Assembly: GCA_035938265.1 (NCBI GenBank)
Contig: DASZHA010000009.1
Span: forward strand, 3,520-67,519
From: Candidatus Dormiibacterota bacterium
GTDB lineage: Bacteria > Chloroflexota > Dormibacteria > DASZGP01
Direction: 5' to 3'
DNA: 64,000 nt
Shown: positions 1 through 10,093 of the stretch, piece after piece
Layout of the letters: every line of letters begins with the position of its first letter
Position numbering within the stretch: position 1 is the stretch's first letter
Notes under the pieces: model-generated
Databases searched by the model: none
The model's input: the letters and a program-made list of their open reading frames with translations, nothing else
Told to the model about the DNA's origin: nothing
Position numbers and translations under genes: made by a program

Positions 1-480
1 CACATGCCCAGCGTCACCTCCTTGAACCCAGCCGACGCGCTCGAGGGCATTCCCGGCGGGTAGTCGTCTGCTCGCTGCCATCTGGCGTATGTGCCCAGCA
101 ACACGAGCGAGGACACCCGCTCCGGATACGTCGCGGCGAAGAACATGGCGGTGGGTCCGCCGTGCCCCAGTCCGAGCAGCGCCGTGCGTTCGCTGCCACA
201 TGCGTGGAGGACCGCACGTATGTCATCGATGCGCTCGTCCATCGTCGGCAGCTCCACCTTGGGCACAGGATCGGACAGGCCTCCGCCGCGTTGGTTGTAC
301 TGGATGACGCGCGCAAACTGCGCCAGGCGGACGAAGGTGCTGTCGACAGCCGGCACCTGGGCATCAAGGAAGCCGATTCCCGGGGATACCGCGATCAGGT
401 CTACCGGACCCTTCCCCATCGTGCTGTACGCGATGTGGAGCTCACCGCTCCGCGCGTAACTGATGTCTGCATCCCAGGTC
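1..480 (-). CDS. alpha/beta-hydrolase fold protein, N-terminal part only (gene runs off the window start)
   Basis: Minus-strand translation from GTG at about 480 (GAGGG 6 nt upstream) reads VTWDADISYARSGELHIAYSTMGKGPVDLIAVSPG...ALLGLGHGGPTAMFFAATYPERVSSLVLLG. This is an alpha/beta-hydrolase layout, and codon third positions are strongly G/C. The ORF track omits it because there is no in-window stop. Confidence 0.45.
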
Positions 481-500
481 ACGCCGGCGCCCTCACGGGC

Positions 501-1787
501 TCAGTCTAGGCCGGGGAACGTCTCCTCGAACGACCGCACCGACGGCTGGATCGTCCTGCGGTAGCGATCCAGGCCCGGGATCACTTCGATGGTCTTGAAG
601 CCGTGGCCCGTGATGTAGGCGACCACGGTCTCGTCGCCCTTCCAGCGGCCTGCCTTAGCCAGCTTCTTGAGCACACCCACGGTGACCCCGCCGGCCGTCT
701 CGGCGAAGATGCCCTCGGTCCTCGCCAGCAGCTCGATGGCTTCGATGATCTCGTCCTCGGTGACGGTGTCGACCACGCCCCCGGTGCCATTGGCGATGTT
801 GATGACGTACTTGCCGTCGCTCGGATTGCCGATCGCCAACGACTTGGCGATGGTGTTGGGCTTGACCGGCTTGACGCTGGTGCCGTCCTTGAACGCCGTC
901 GCCACCGGAGAGCAGTTCAGCGCCTGGGCGCCGGTGAGCTTGGGGTAGGGCCCGGGGTCGACCAGCTCCAGCTCGATCAGCTCCTGGATCGCCTTGTTGT
1001 GCTTGACGAACTGGCACCCGGAGGCGATCGGCACGATGATCTCGTCGGGCAGCCTCCAGCCCAGCTGCTCCGCGGTCTCGTAGGTCAGCGTCTTGCTGCC
1101 CTCGGCATAGAACGGCCGCACGTTGATGTTGGCGAAGGCCCAGTGGTAGGAGTCGGCCAGCTCGGAGCAGAGGCGGTTGACCTCGTCGTAGTTGCCCTCG
1201 ACAGCCACGACATTGGGCGCGAAGACCGACGTTGTCAGGACCTTGCTGACCTCCAGGTCGGCGGGGATGAAGACGAAGCAGCGCATCCCGGCTCGGGCGC
1301 TGTAGGCCGCCACCGAGTTGGCCAGGTTGCCGGTGGAGGCGCAGGCCATGGTGTCGAAGCCGTTGGCCCGCGCCCAGGACACCGCCACACTGACGACGCG
1401 GTCCTTGAAGGAGTTGGTGGGGTTCATGGTCTCGTTCTTGAGGTACAGGTTCGACAGCCCCAGCTCCGCGCCTAGCCTCTCGGCGTGGACCAGCGGCGTC
1501 ATCCCCTCCCCCAGCGTGACCGGCTCGGCGACGTCGTTCAGCGGCAGCAGGTTGCGGTAGCGCCAGAGAGAGTTGGGGCCGGCTTCGATCGACTCCCGCG
1601 ACACCTGCTGAGCCAGCGTGCCGTAGTCGTACTTGACCTCCAACGGCCCGAAGCAGATGTCGCAGACGTGCGTCGCCTGCGGCTCGAACTCGCTCTGGCA
1701 CTCGCGACAGATCAGGGACTTGACGGCGGAGGTCATCTCACAGAGTGTATCGACGGCCCAGTTCAGGCCAGCTTCGACCGCGGGCAC
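501..1787 (-). CDS. thrC: threonine synthase with N-terminal Cys4 zinc-ribbon
   Basis: PLP-lysine motif NSFKDRVVSVAVSWA and a full-length PLP fold-II enzyme. The N-terminus has CRECQ...CDIC. The true start may be the internal ATG at about 1736 (MTSAVKSL). Confidence 0.88.
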   Translation of the reverse strand: MPAVEAGLNWAVDTLCEMTSAVKSLICRECQSEFEPQATHVCDICFGPLEVKYDYGTLAQQVSRESIEAGPNSLWRYRNLLPLNDVAEPVTLGEGMTPLVHAERLGAELGLSNLYLKNETMNPTNSFKDRVVSVAVSWARANGFDTMACASTGNLANSVAAYSARAGMRCFVFIPADLEVSKVLTTSVFAPNVVAVEGNYDEVNRLCSELADSYHWAFANINVRPFYAEGSKTLTYETAEQLGWRLPDEIIVPIASGCQFVKHNKAIQELIELELVDPGPYPKLTGAQALNCSPVATAFKDGTSVKPVKPNTIAKSLAIGNPSDGKYVINIANGTGGVVDTVTEDEIIEAIELLARTEGIFAETAGGVTVGVLKKLAKAGRWKGDETVVAYITGHGFKTIEVIPGLDRYRRTIQPSVRSFEETFPGLD

Positions 1788-1822
1788 GTCGCGCCGGGAG
1801 GTCGGGCTACGATTGCGCCGTG

Positions 1823-2602
1823 GAAACCGGACTGCGGGGCAAGCGGGCGCTGGTCACCGCGGCGAGCAAGGGTTTGGGTTACGCGGTGGCAAGCGCGCTG
1901 CTGCGCGAGGGCTGCCGGGTGGCGATCAGCTCCAGCAGCGAGGAGCGGATCCAGGCAGCGGCACAGCAACTTAGCGCTGAGGGCGACGTGATCGCCATGG
2001 CGGCCGACCTGGCCCAGGCTGACGAGTGCGCCGACCTCGTCGACTGGGCGCTGCACCGGCTGGGCGGCCTGGAGGTGTTGGTCAACAACGCGCCCGGACC
2101 GCCGCCGGGCACGTTCGAGTCCATGGACGAGGCGCAGTGGCGGCACGCGTTCGACTCGCTGCTGATGAGTGCTGTGCGGGTCACCCGCGCCGCGCTGCCG
2201 GCGCTTAAGGCGGATCCCGGCGGGACGGTCGTCAACCTGACATCGCTTACCGGCAAGCAGCCGATCGACCTGCTGCTGCTGTCCAATGCCTTCCGCCCCG
2301 CGATCCTGGGCATGGCCAAAACCCTTTCCCGCGAGGCGGCGCCCGAGGTTCGCGTCAACAACATCGCGACCGAGCACATCCTCACCGACCGCATCCGGCA
2401 GATCGCCGCAGTCCGAGCCCAGGGCAAGGGGGTAAGCGTCGACGAGGAGCTGGAGACATGGGGCCGCGAGACCCCGATGGGCCGCTTCGGCACGCCCCCG
2501 GAGCTGGCCAATGCCGCCGTCTTCCTGGCCAGCGACGCCGCCAGCTACATCACCGGCGTGACGCTCGCGGTTGATGGCGGGTTGGACCGGGGGTTGTACT
2601 AG
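1823..2602 (+). CDS. short-chain dehydrogenase/reductase (SDR) family oxidoreductase
   Basis: KRALVTAASKGLGYAVASALLREGCRVAI is a Rossmann TGxxxGxG-like motif; SDR length. The ORF track starts at 1745; a GTG near 1823 is the likely start. Confidence 0.8.
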   Translation, partial: ETGLRGKRALVTAASKGLGYAVASALLREGCRVAISSSSEERIQAAAQQLSAEGDVIAMAADLAQADECADLVDWALHRLGGLEVLVNNAPGPPPGTFESMDEAQWRHAFDSLLMSAVRVTRAALPALKADPGGTVVNLTSLTGKQPIDLLLLSNAFRPAILGMAKTLSREAAPEVRVNNIATEHILTDRIRQIAAVRAQGKGVSVDEELETWGRETPMGRFGTPPELANAAVFLASDAASYITGVTLAVDGGLDRGLY

Positions 2603-2703
2603 GCGGCTTCGGCTCTGCTAGCCTCGAGTCGATCGCTGTTTGATCCACGATCTAGCCAGGGGGCACTGCGGAAAACATGCAGGTAGGGGAGTAGCGGACG
2701 TTA

Positions 2704-4884
2704 ATGCATCCAGTGCTGCGTAGAGCCGTTGCCGTGCTGCCGGCGACGACCATTGCGCTCGCCCTTGTCGGCGTAACCCCCGTCGCGACACCCACCCTCG
2801 GCGCCGACCAGTCGGTGCGACAGATCAAGGTGCTCCGCACCGTTAACCTGGCCCAGGTCGCCAGCACGCCGTCGGCCGCCCCGCCGATCAAGCACCTGGA
2901 GATCGACCACAAGCGACCTGGATCCGCGCTGGCCACCGGCGAGCGCGCGGTGACGCCGAAGGTCATCCTTGGTGGCAGTAGCGCACCGCCCAGCACCGTC
3001 GTCTCCGGCGGAGACAACGGCAGCTTCAACGGCATCGACATCAGCGACATGAAGGCCGGGGGCACCGGGACCTACGACGCCAGCAACCTCGGCCTCGAGC
3101 CGCCGGACCAGGGCCTCTGCGTCGGCAACGGCTACGTCATGGAGACCGTCAACGATGGAATGCGTGTCTACACCAGCGCCGGGACCAAGGCAACCGCAAA
3201 GTCGGTGCCCCTCTCCCAGTTCTACGGACTCAACCCCGCCAACGCCCAGACCCAGCCCGCGTTCATCAGCGACCCCCGCTGCTACTACGACCCGTCCACC
3301 CAGCGCTGGTTTGTCACCATCCTCGAGGTCGACCAGGTCGTGCAGCCATCCTTCCTCAGCGACAACAACTACATCGCCGTCAGCAAGACAAATAACCCGC
3401 TGGGTGACTGGTACGTCTACTCCTTCAACGTCAGCGACAACGGCCTCAACGGCTCGCCCCTGCACACCGGGTGCGTCACCCCCGGGGCGGCAGCGCCGGT
3501 CCCAGGTTGTCTCGGTGACCAGCCCCTGATCGGGGCGGATGCCAACGGCATCTACATCAGCGACAACGAGTACTCGATGACCGAGGTCTTCCCGGTTGGC
3601 CTCCCGGTGGGTCCGCCACTGCAGCAGATCCCGAGCTTCCTGCTGCGCAGCGGGGTGGCGCAGGTGTACGCGCTATCGAAGCAGCAGCTCGTGACGGGGA
3701 GCTCGACGACGCTGGTCCAGTTCGACACTAACGGCGTGCCGTTCCCCGGGCCGACCCAGGACGGCCCATGGCAGTCGCTGCAACCGGCGTCGCCTCCGCC
3801 TCACGACACAACCGTGCCGCCTCCCGGTGGGGCTGAGTACTTCATGAGCGACATCGGGCTGCCCGTCTCACCCACGGTTTCCAACCAGATCGCGGTTTGG
3901 GCATGGACGAATACCGCCTCACTCAACACGGCCAGCCCCAACCTGACGCTGCAGCATGTCACCGTCAATACGCTGAGCCCCGCGGATACATTCTTTGTGC
4001 CTGACCCCTCGGCGCCTAGCAGCACGCCTTTCTACGCTTACCAAAAGGCGGGCCCTCATCCGCGAGCCGCCGGCTCGGGGGACGCCGAGGATGTCCTCAA
4101 CGCCAACGACGACCGGATGAACGCGCCGATGCTGTCCAACGGCTCGCTGTGGGCCGGCGTCAACACGTCGCTGCCGGCGTTGAACCCTTCGGGCTCAGGG
4201 CTCGAAGCGCTTCCCCGGGTGGGAATCATGTACTTCCAGGTGACCCCGTCCTTCAGCGGCCCCAACCTGCAGGCCAGCATGACCCGGGACGGGTACATCC
4301 AGGTGTCCAACGGCAACGTCCTCTTCCCGTCGATCGGCGCCCGTCCCGATGGCGCCACGATCGCCACCTTCACGCTGGCAGGCATCGACAATTTCCCCAG
4401 CGTGGCCTGGGCGCGGCTTGACGGGCTCGCCGCCGGGAGTGGGCCTGACGTCCACGTCAGCCGTCCCGGCCTGGCGCCGGATGACGGCTTCACGGCCCTT
4501 GGACTCCTGGGCCAGCAGGGCCTGCCGGACGTCCCGCCTTGCACCACCTGCGTTGGCCGCTGGGGCGATTACTCCTACTCGGCGATCGACGAGGCAGGCT
4601 GCATCTGGGGCGCCGCAGAGGGCATCACCACGGGCGTCTACGACAGCCAGCCCATCGTCATCGAGGGCCAGACCATCCAGACGGCGGCCGGCGATTGGGG
4701 CACCGGCATCCACCACGTCTGCCCACCTGTCGTGACAACGGCGACTGAGCCGATTACGGTCGCCGTCGCGCCGCTGCCGAACACAAGCGCGGGGGGCACT
4801 TCGCCGCTGCCCGCCTGGCTCGCGATCGCCCTGGTGGTCGCGATTGCCAGCGGCCTGGCACTGCGGCGGGGGCTGGCCGGCTAG
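2704..4884 (+). CDS. large secreted protein of unknown function with signal peptide and C-terminal transmembrane anchor
   Basis: N-terminal signal peptide (MHPVLRRAVAVLPATTIALALVGVTPVATPTLGA). About 650 aa is Gly/Ser/Thr/Pro/Asn-rich with no hydrophobic segments (exported-protein-like composition). The C-terminus reads PLPAWLAIALVVAIASGLALRRGLAG, a hydrophobic helix plus basic tail. Codon bias is consistent with coding. Confidence 0.6.
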   Translation: MHPVLRRAVAVLPATTIALALVGVTPVATPTLGADQSVRQIKVLRTVNLAQVASTPSAAPPIKHLEIDHKRPGSALATGERAVTPKVILGGSSAPPSTVVSGGDNGSFNGIDISDMKAGGTGTYDASNLGLEPPDQGLCVGNGYVMETVNDGMRVYTSAGTKATAKSVPLSQFYGLNPANAQTQPAFISDPRCYYDPSTQRWFVTILEVDQVVQPSFLSDNNYIAVSKTNNPLGDWYVYSFNVSDNGLNGSPLHTGCVTPGAAAPVPGCLGDQPLIGADANGIYISDNEYSMTEVFPVGLPVGPPLQQIPSFLLRSGVAQVYALSKQQLVTGSSTTLVQFDTNGVPFPGPTQDGPWQSLQPASPPPHDTTVPPPGGAEYFMSDIGLPVSPTVSNQIAVWAWTNTASLNTASPNLTLQHVTVNTLSPADTFFVPDPSAPSSTPFYAYQKAGPHPRAAGSGDAEDVLNANDDRMNAPMLSNGSLWAGVNTSLPALNPSGSGLEALPRVGIMYFQVTPSFSGPNLQASMTRDGYIQVSNGNVLFPSIGARPDGATIATFTLAGIDNFPSVAWARLDGLAAGSGPDVHVSRPGLAPDDGFTALGLLGQQGLPDVPPCTTCVGRWGDYSYSAIDEAGCIWGAAEGITTGVYDSQPIVIEGQTIQTAAGDWGTGIHHVCPPVVTTATEPITVAVAPLPNTSAGGTSPLPAWLAIALVVAIASGLALRRGLAG

Positions 4885-5480
4885 GCGGAGTAGGTCAACC
4901 CCAGGTCCGGCGCGACCTTCTTCAGGCTCTCGACGATGAAGCCGATGTGCTGGTCGGCGTCGACGTCGAGCTCGCGCCAGCCCTTCTCGATGTCCTCTCG
5001 CGAGACACTCCGGGCAAACGCCCTGTCGCGCATCTTTTTGTGCACCGACCGGGCCTCCACCAGGGTCAGGTCGCGGCCCTTGACCAGCGCCACCGCAACG
5101 ATGAAGCCGGTCAGCTCGTCGGAGGAAAACAGCACGTGCTCCATCAGGTTCTCGCGGAGCACGCCGACGTGGTCGTTGTGGCTCTCGACGGCGTGGCTGA
5201 TGACGTCGGGCCAGCCCAGGTCGCGCAGGATGCGCCCGCCGGCAAGGCCGTGCTCCAGCGGGTCCGGGTGCTTCTCGTAGTCGAAATCATGGATCAACCC
5301 AACGATCGCCCAGAGGTCTTCGTCCTCGCCGTACTGCTGGGCGAAGCCGCGCATTGCCGCCTCCACGGCCAGGCCGTGCTTGCGCAGGCTCTCCGACTGG
5401 TTGTGCTCGTGCAGCAGCGCCAGGGCCTTCTCCCGGTCGTGGGGCCCGCCCGGCGCCCAGCTGCGCTCGTCGGCGCTCAC
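4881..5480 (-). CDS. HD-domain metal-dependent phosphohydrolase
   Basis: H...HD motif (IVGLIHDFDYEKHPD). 4-nt overlap with the upstream Nudix gene. Confidence 0.7.
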   Translation of the reverse strand: MSADERSWAPGGPHDREKALALLHEHNQSESLRKHGLAVEAAMRGFAQQYGEDEDLWAIVGLIHDFDYEKHPDPLEHGLAGGRILRDLGWPDVISHAVESHNDHVGVLRENLMEHVLFSSDELTGFIVAVALVKGRDLTLVEARSVHKKMRDRAFARSVSREDIEKGWRELDVDADQHIGFIVESLKKVAPDLGLTYSA

Positions 5481-6097
5481 CGCACCCCCGCCTTCTCGCG
5501 AGCGAGCAGGTGGTCGTAGATGAGCTGGCTCCAGGATTCCATGTCCAAGTAGTAGATCTTCATCTCCTCCAGGCGTAAGAGCTCGCCCTCAAGTTTCTCG
5601 GTCTCGCGGATGCTGATCACCGGGCTGTCGCCGGTGACCTCGAAGACGAGGCCGAGGTGCACGCGGCTGACGTCGTTGGAATCGTCATTCAACAACCCGA
5701 CCAGGCGGTGCGTCCAGTCCCCAGCGTACGTCACCTCCTCGGCGAACTCGCGCCGGAGCCCTTCCAGCACCACGTCATCGGCCTCGTCGCTGACGTCCTC
5801 GCGGTTGATGTGGCCGCCGATGCCGAGCGAGTACAGGTGGCGCAGCCGCTTCTCAGAGCTCTGTTTGAGCCGCCGCGTGAGGAAGTAGCGGTCATCGTGG
5901 CGGAAGACGACGTAGGGTATGATCTGCTGGAACCCGGGGTCGTCCTCGACCTCGCCGCGGGGGCGGAACTGGCGCCGCTCGGCAATGATGCTGAGGTAGC
6001 GCTCGGGGTGCGAGTCGATGAAGCCATGCCAGGCGCCGTCAGGAAAGATCTCCTCGCGGGGCACCACCAGCACCTCCTCGGTGCGCCATGACGGCAT
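5477..6097 (-). CDS. Nudix-family hydrolase (divergent Nudix box)
   Basis: EGLRREFAEEVTY resembles the REuxEE Nudix box. Start overlaps the FAH stop; end overlaps the HD gene start. Confidence 0.6.
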   Translation of the reverse strand: MPSWRTEEVLVVPREEIFPDGAWHGFIDSHPERYLSIIAERRQFRPRGEVEDDPGFQQIIPYVVFRHDDRYFLTRRLKQSSEKRLRHLYSLGIGGHINREDVSDEADDVVLEGLRREFAEEVTYAGDWTHRLVGLLNDDSNDVSRVHLGLVFEVTGDSPVISIRETEKLEGELLRLEEMKIYYLDMESWSQLIYDHLLAREKAGVR

Positions 6098-6708
6098 CAG
6101 ACGACGCGGTTGTGGAGCACGCCGATGCCTACTATCTCGACCTCCATCTCATCCCCGCGCTGCACCGGGCCGACCCCCGGGGGCGTGCCTGTGAGGATGA
6201 CGTCGCCGGGCTCGAGGGTCATGACACCACTTATGTAGGCGACAAGCTGGGGCACCCCGAAGAGCATGTCCGAGGTGTTGCCCTCCTGGCGGACGGCGCC
6301 GTTGACGCGGCAGACGACCACTAGCGCCCCAGGATCGAGGTCGCTCACCACCTCCGGGCCGAGAGGACAGAAGGTGTCGAAACCCTTGGCTCGCGTCCAT
6401 TGGCCGTCCTTCTCCTGGAGGTCGCGGGCGGTGACGTCGTTGGCGCAGGTATAGCCGGCGACAAACGAGAGGGCTTCGTCGATGCTGGCGGCGTGGCAGC
6501 GCTGCCCCATGACGACGGCCAGCTCGCCTTCGTGGTGGACGTTGGTGCTGGCGGCCGGATAGACCACGCTGTCGCCGTCGCCAACCACCGTCGTCGGCGG
6601 TTTGAGGAAGATCAGCGGTTCCGTCGGTATCTCGTGCCCCAGCTCCCTGGCGTGGGCCACGTAATTCCGCCCCACCGCGACGATTTTGGAGGGGCGGAGG
6701 TCAGGCAT
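6097..6708 (-). CDS. fumarylacetoacetate hydrolase (FAH) family protein (2-keto-4-pentenoate hydratase / oxaloacetate decarboxylase-like)
   Basis: KIVAVGRNYVAHARELGHEIPTEPLIFLKPPTTVVGDGDSVVYP is the FAH-family N-terminal signature; about 200 aa. Confidence 0.8.
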   Translation of the reverse strand: MPDLRPSKIVAVGRNYVAHARELGHEIPTEPLIFLKPPTTVVGDGDSVVYPAASTNVHHEGELAVVMGQRCHAASIDEALSFVAGYTCANDVTARDLQEKDGQWTRAKGFDTFCPLGPEVVSDLDPGALVVVCRVNGAVRQEGNTSDMLFGVPQLVAYISGVMTLEPGDVILTGTPPGVGPVQRGDEMEVEIVGIGVLHNRVV

Positions 6709-6742
6709 CCGCGTAGTCTACGGCCCGGGCCTGAGAGCGGAG

Positions 6743-8350
6743 CTAGGCTTCGGCCCGGCCCGCCTTGTCGCGCGCCGAGCGCGCCTTGAGGATGCCGTAC
6801 TCGAAGGCATCGGCGAGGGCCAGCCAGGATGCCTCGATCACGTTGGTGGAGCAGCCAACGGTGCTCCAGCGCGCGTGCTTGTCGCCGGACTCGATCAGGA
6901 CCCTGACCCCTGCCGCGGTGGCGGCGACGCCGTCGAGGACGCGGACCTTGTAGTCGTGCAGCCGCATCTCGTCGATCTCCGGGAAGGACGGCACCAGCGC
7001 CTTGCGGAGGGCGGCGTCGAGGGCGTTCACGGGACCGTTGCCCTCGGCGGCGGTATGGATCACCTTGTCGCCGACACGTACCTTGACTGTGGCTTCGCTG
7101 ACCATGGGGTTGCCCTCGCGCTGCTCCACCAGGGCGATGTAGTCAACCAGCTCGAAGGGCGCCTGGTGGCCCCGGGCGCGGTGGATCACCATCTCGAAGG
7201 ACGCCTCGGCCCCCTCGAAGGAGTAGCCCATGTGCTCAAGCCGTTTGACCTCGTCAGCCAGGCGGCGGGCGAAGGCCTTGTCGCCTTCGAGGTCGATGCC
7301 GAACTCCTCGGCCTTGTGCATCACGTTGCCCCGCCCGGCCTGGTCGGAGACGACGATGCGCTTGCGGTTTCCCACCAGCTCGGGCTCGATGTGCTGGTAG
7401 GTGTACGCCGCCTTCATCATCGCGTCGACATGCTGGCCGCCCTTGTGGGTGAAGGCGCCCTCGCCGACGAATGGTGCCGAGATGGCCGGCACCACGTTGG
7501 CCAGCTCACCGATGTACTGCGAGGCCTCGGTCAGGGTCGCCAGCTGCGCCGGGCTGACGACCTGGTAGCCCATCTTCAGCTGGAGGTTGGGGATGATCGT
7601 GGTCATGTTGGCGTTGCCGGTGCGCTCGCCCAGCCCGTTGACACAGCCCTGGACCTGGACTGCCCCAGCGTTGACCGCGGCCAGGGTGTTGGCCACGCCA
7701 ACGCCACAGTCATCGTGGCAATGGATGCCGACGACGGGGCCGAGCTTCTCCACCACCGCCGCGGTGACCTCGGAGATGGTGTCGGGCAGGCTGCCGCCGT
7801 TGGTGTCGCAGAGGATTACCCGGGTGGCGCCGCCCTCCAGCGCCGCCTCCAGGCAGCTCCGAGCGTAATCGGGGTTGGAGGCGTAGCCGTCGAAGAAGTG
7901 CTCGGCGTCGTACATCGCCACCCGACCGGCGGCCTTGAGGAAGGCCATCGACTCACGGATCATGGCCACGTTCTCATCCAGGCTGGCGCGGATGACGTCC
8001 TCCACCTGGCGATCCCAGCTCTTGCCGACGAGCGTCACCACCGGGGTTTCAGCATCGATCAGCTGGCGCAGGCCCAGGTCGTCGGCGGCGGCCGCGCCGG
8101 GCCTGCGGGTGGCGCCGAAGGCGGCCAGGACCGCGTGCTTGAGCCTCACCGACTTCATCTCGTCGAAGAACTCGGAGTCCTTGGGGTTGGAGCCGGGCCA
8201 GCCGCCCTCGATGTATGTGACCCCGAGGTCGTCGAGCTTGGCGGCGATCTTCAGCTTGTCGGAGACGGAGAAGCTGATACCCGGGCCCTGGGCGCCGTCG
8301 CGAAGGGTGACATCGTAGAGCTCCAGGGCTCGTGTACCGGCGGTCATCAC
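6743..8350 (-). CDS. cimA: (R)-citramalate synthase / LeuA-like 2-isopropylmalate synthase paralog
   Basis: LYDVTLRDGAQGPGISFS TIM-barrel DRE-family motif. 535 aa with a C-terminal LeuA-type regulatory domain. ATGA overlap with the leuB stop. Confidence 0.7.
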   Translation of the reverse strand: MMTAGTRALELYDVTLRDGAQGPGISFSVSDKLKIAAKLDDLGVTYIEGGWPGSNPKDSEFFDEMKSVRLKHAVLAAFGATRRPGAAAADDLGLRQLIDAETPVVTLVGKSWDRQVEDVIRASLDENVAMIRESMAFLKAAGRVAMYDAEHFFDGYASNPDYARSCLEAALEGGATRVILCDTNGGSLPDTISEVTAAVVEKLGPVVGIHCHDDCGVGVANTLAAVNAGAVQVQGCVNGLGERTGNANMTTIIPNLQLKMGYQVVSPAQLATLTEASQYIGELANVVPAISAPFVGEGAFTHKGGQHVDAMMKAAYTYQHIEPELVGNRKRIVVSDQAGRGNVMHKAEEFGIDLEGDKAFARRLADEVKRLEHMGYSFEGAEASFEMVIHRARGHQAPFELVDYIALVEQREGNPMVSEATVKVRVGDKVIHTAAEGNGPVNALDAALRKALVPSFPEIDEMRLHDYKVRVLDGVAATAAGVRVLIESGDKHARWSTVGCSTNVIEASWLALADAFEYGILKARSARDKAGRAEA

Positions 8351-9450
8351 GGCACCGTGTCGGGAACCATCCGCGGCAGCGCGGCCAGCACCGCGGATCC
8401 GACCTGCCCGGTGGACTCTGAGCCACCCAGGTCGCTGGTCAGGTGGCCGGCCTCGATGGTTTTCTCGACCGCGGCGCGCACGCCATCGGCCGCGGCGGCA
8501 AGCCCAACTGAATCAAGCAGCATGGCGACGCTCAGTATCGCGCCCAACGGGTTGGCCAGGCCCTTGCCGGCGATGTCGGGGGCGCTGCCATGGATGGGCT
8601 CGAAGAGGCCCGGCCCGATGCCGCTGAGGCTGGCTGACGGCAGCATGCCAAGGGAGCCGGACAGCATCGCGGCCTCGTCGGTGAGGATGTCGCCGAACAG
8701 GTTCTCGGTGACGATGACGTCGAAGTCGCGGGGGGCGCGGATGAGGCGCATGGCGGCGGCGTCCACCAGTTGATTTTCCAGCCGGACCTGGGGGAAGTCG
8801 ACGGCCACCTCGCCCACGACCTCGCGCCAGAGCTGCGATGTCACCAGCACATTGGCCTTGTCAACCGACACCAGCGGCTTGCCGGAATCGCGCTGCTGGG
8901 CCTTCTCGAATGCGAAGCGGGCGACGCGCTCGATCTCCGGTCGGGTGTAGATCATGGTGTCGACCGCGCTTTCGTCGGCCCCCTCGCCACGGCGCTCCTT
9001 GGGCTGCCCGAAGTAGACCCCACCGGTCAGCTCGCGCACCACCACAAGGTCGACGCCCTGCACCACCTCGCGCTTCAGGGTGGAGCGATCCGCGAGCGCG
9101 TCCGGCACCCACACCGGCCGGACGTTGGCGAAGACCCCCATCCCCTTGCGCAGCCGCAGCAGTCCCGACTCGCAGCGCATGTCGCCGCTGAGCTGGTCCC
9201 ACTTGGGGCCCCCGACCGCGCCCAGCAGCACTGCATCGGAGGTGACGCAGGCATCCAGTGTCTCCTCCGAGAGGGGGGTTCCCTCGGCATCGATGGCGGT
9301 GCCACCCATGCGCCGCTCTTCGAGGGTCAGGGAGATCCCGGCGATCTCGGTCGCGGCGCGGAGCACGCTCACGGCCTGCTCCGTCACCTCGGGACCGATG
9401 CCGTCGCCGGGAAGGACGACGACGCGGAGACTCGTGGACTGCGCGCTCAC
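8347..9450 (-). CDS. leuB: 3-isopropylmalate dehydrogenase
   Basis: [14 protein letters not shown]-terminus of isocitrate/isopropylmalate dehydrogenases. The GTG start at 9450 overlaps the leuD TGA (GTGA). The ORF track extends to 9507. Confidence 0.88.
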   Translation of the reverse strand: MSAQSTSLRVVVLPGDGIGPEVTEQAVSVLRAATEIAGISLTLEERRMGGTAIDAEGTPLSEETLDACVTSDAVLLGAVGGPKWDQLSGDMRCESGLLRLRKGMGVFANVRPVWVPDALADRSTLKREVVQGVDLVVVRELTGGVYFGQPKERRGEGADESAVDTMIYTRPEIERVARFAFEKAQQRDSGKPLVSVDKANVLVTSQLWREVVGEVAVDFPQVRLENQLVDAAAMRLIRAPRDFDVIVTENLFGDILTDEAAMLSGSLGMLPSASLSGIGPGLFEPIHGSAPDIAGKGLANPLGAILSVAMLLDSVGLAAAADGVRAAVEKTIEAGHLTSDLGGSESTGQVGSAVLAALPRMVPDTVP

Positions 9451-10093
9451 GCCAGTGCTCCCGTTTGCGATCTGGCCGCCGGCTTGCGTCGCATGTCCGG
9501 CATCCACGACGGACGCCCTGCCTCGAATGCGGTGATGGCGTCCTCCTGGGCCTGCGTCAGCCCGATATCGTCCAGGCCTTCGAGCAGGCAGTGCTTGAGG
9601 AAGGGGTCGACCTCGAAGGAGTAGGACAGCTCGCCCAGGGTCACGGTCTGCGACTCGAGGTCGACGGTGGCCTCGACGCCGGGCTCCTCCTCGGCCCGCG
9701 ACGCCAGCAGGTTGACCGCGTCCTCGGGCAGCTGCACGGTGAGCAGTCCCTCCTTGCCCGAGTTGCCGCGGAAGATGTCAGCGAAGCCGGGGGCGATCAC
9801 GACGCGGAAGCCGAACTGGTCGAGCGCCCAGACGGCGTGCTCCCGACTTGACCCGCAGCCGAAGTTGCGTCCCGCGATCAGCACGTTGCCGCTGCGATAG
9901 GCGGCCTGGTTGAGCACGAAGTCGGGCCTCTCGCTGCCGTCCTGGTTGTAGCGCCAGTCATTGAACAGGAAGGGCCCGTACCCGGTGCGCTCGATGCGCT
10001 TGAGGAACTGCTTGGGGATGATCTGATCGGTGTCGACGTTGTGCTTGACCATCGGCACGACAACTCCGGTCTCCCTGCGGAACGGCTTCATCG
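9447..10093 (-). CDS. leuD: 3-isopropylmalate dehydratase small subunit
   Basis: [39 protein letters not shown] is a LeuD signature. Starts at an internal ATG of the 286-aa ORF; overlaps the leuC end. Confidence 0.9.

Noticed and set aside
6686-8773. Long plus-strand ORF (695 aa) antisense to cimA/leuB. Similar long antisense ORFs: 15094-16851, 19432-22050, 19850-22066, 35605-36951, 39152-40540, 41011-42384, 44758-46356, 56400-57893, 56470-57936.
   Set aside because: Low-complexity Arg/Gly/Ala/Pro-rich translations are typical of stop-codon-poor alternative frames in about 70% GC DNA. The opposite strand carries well-recognised enzymes with proper third-position GC bias.
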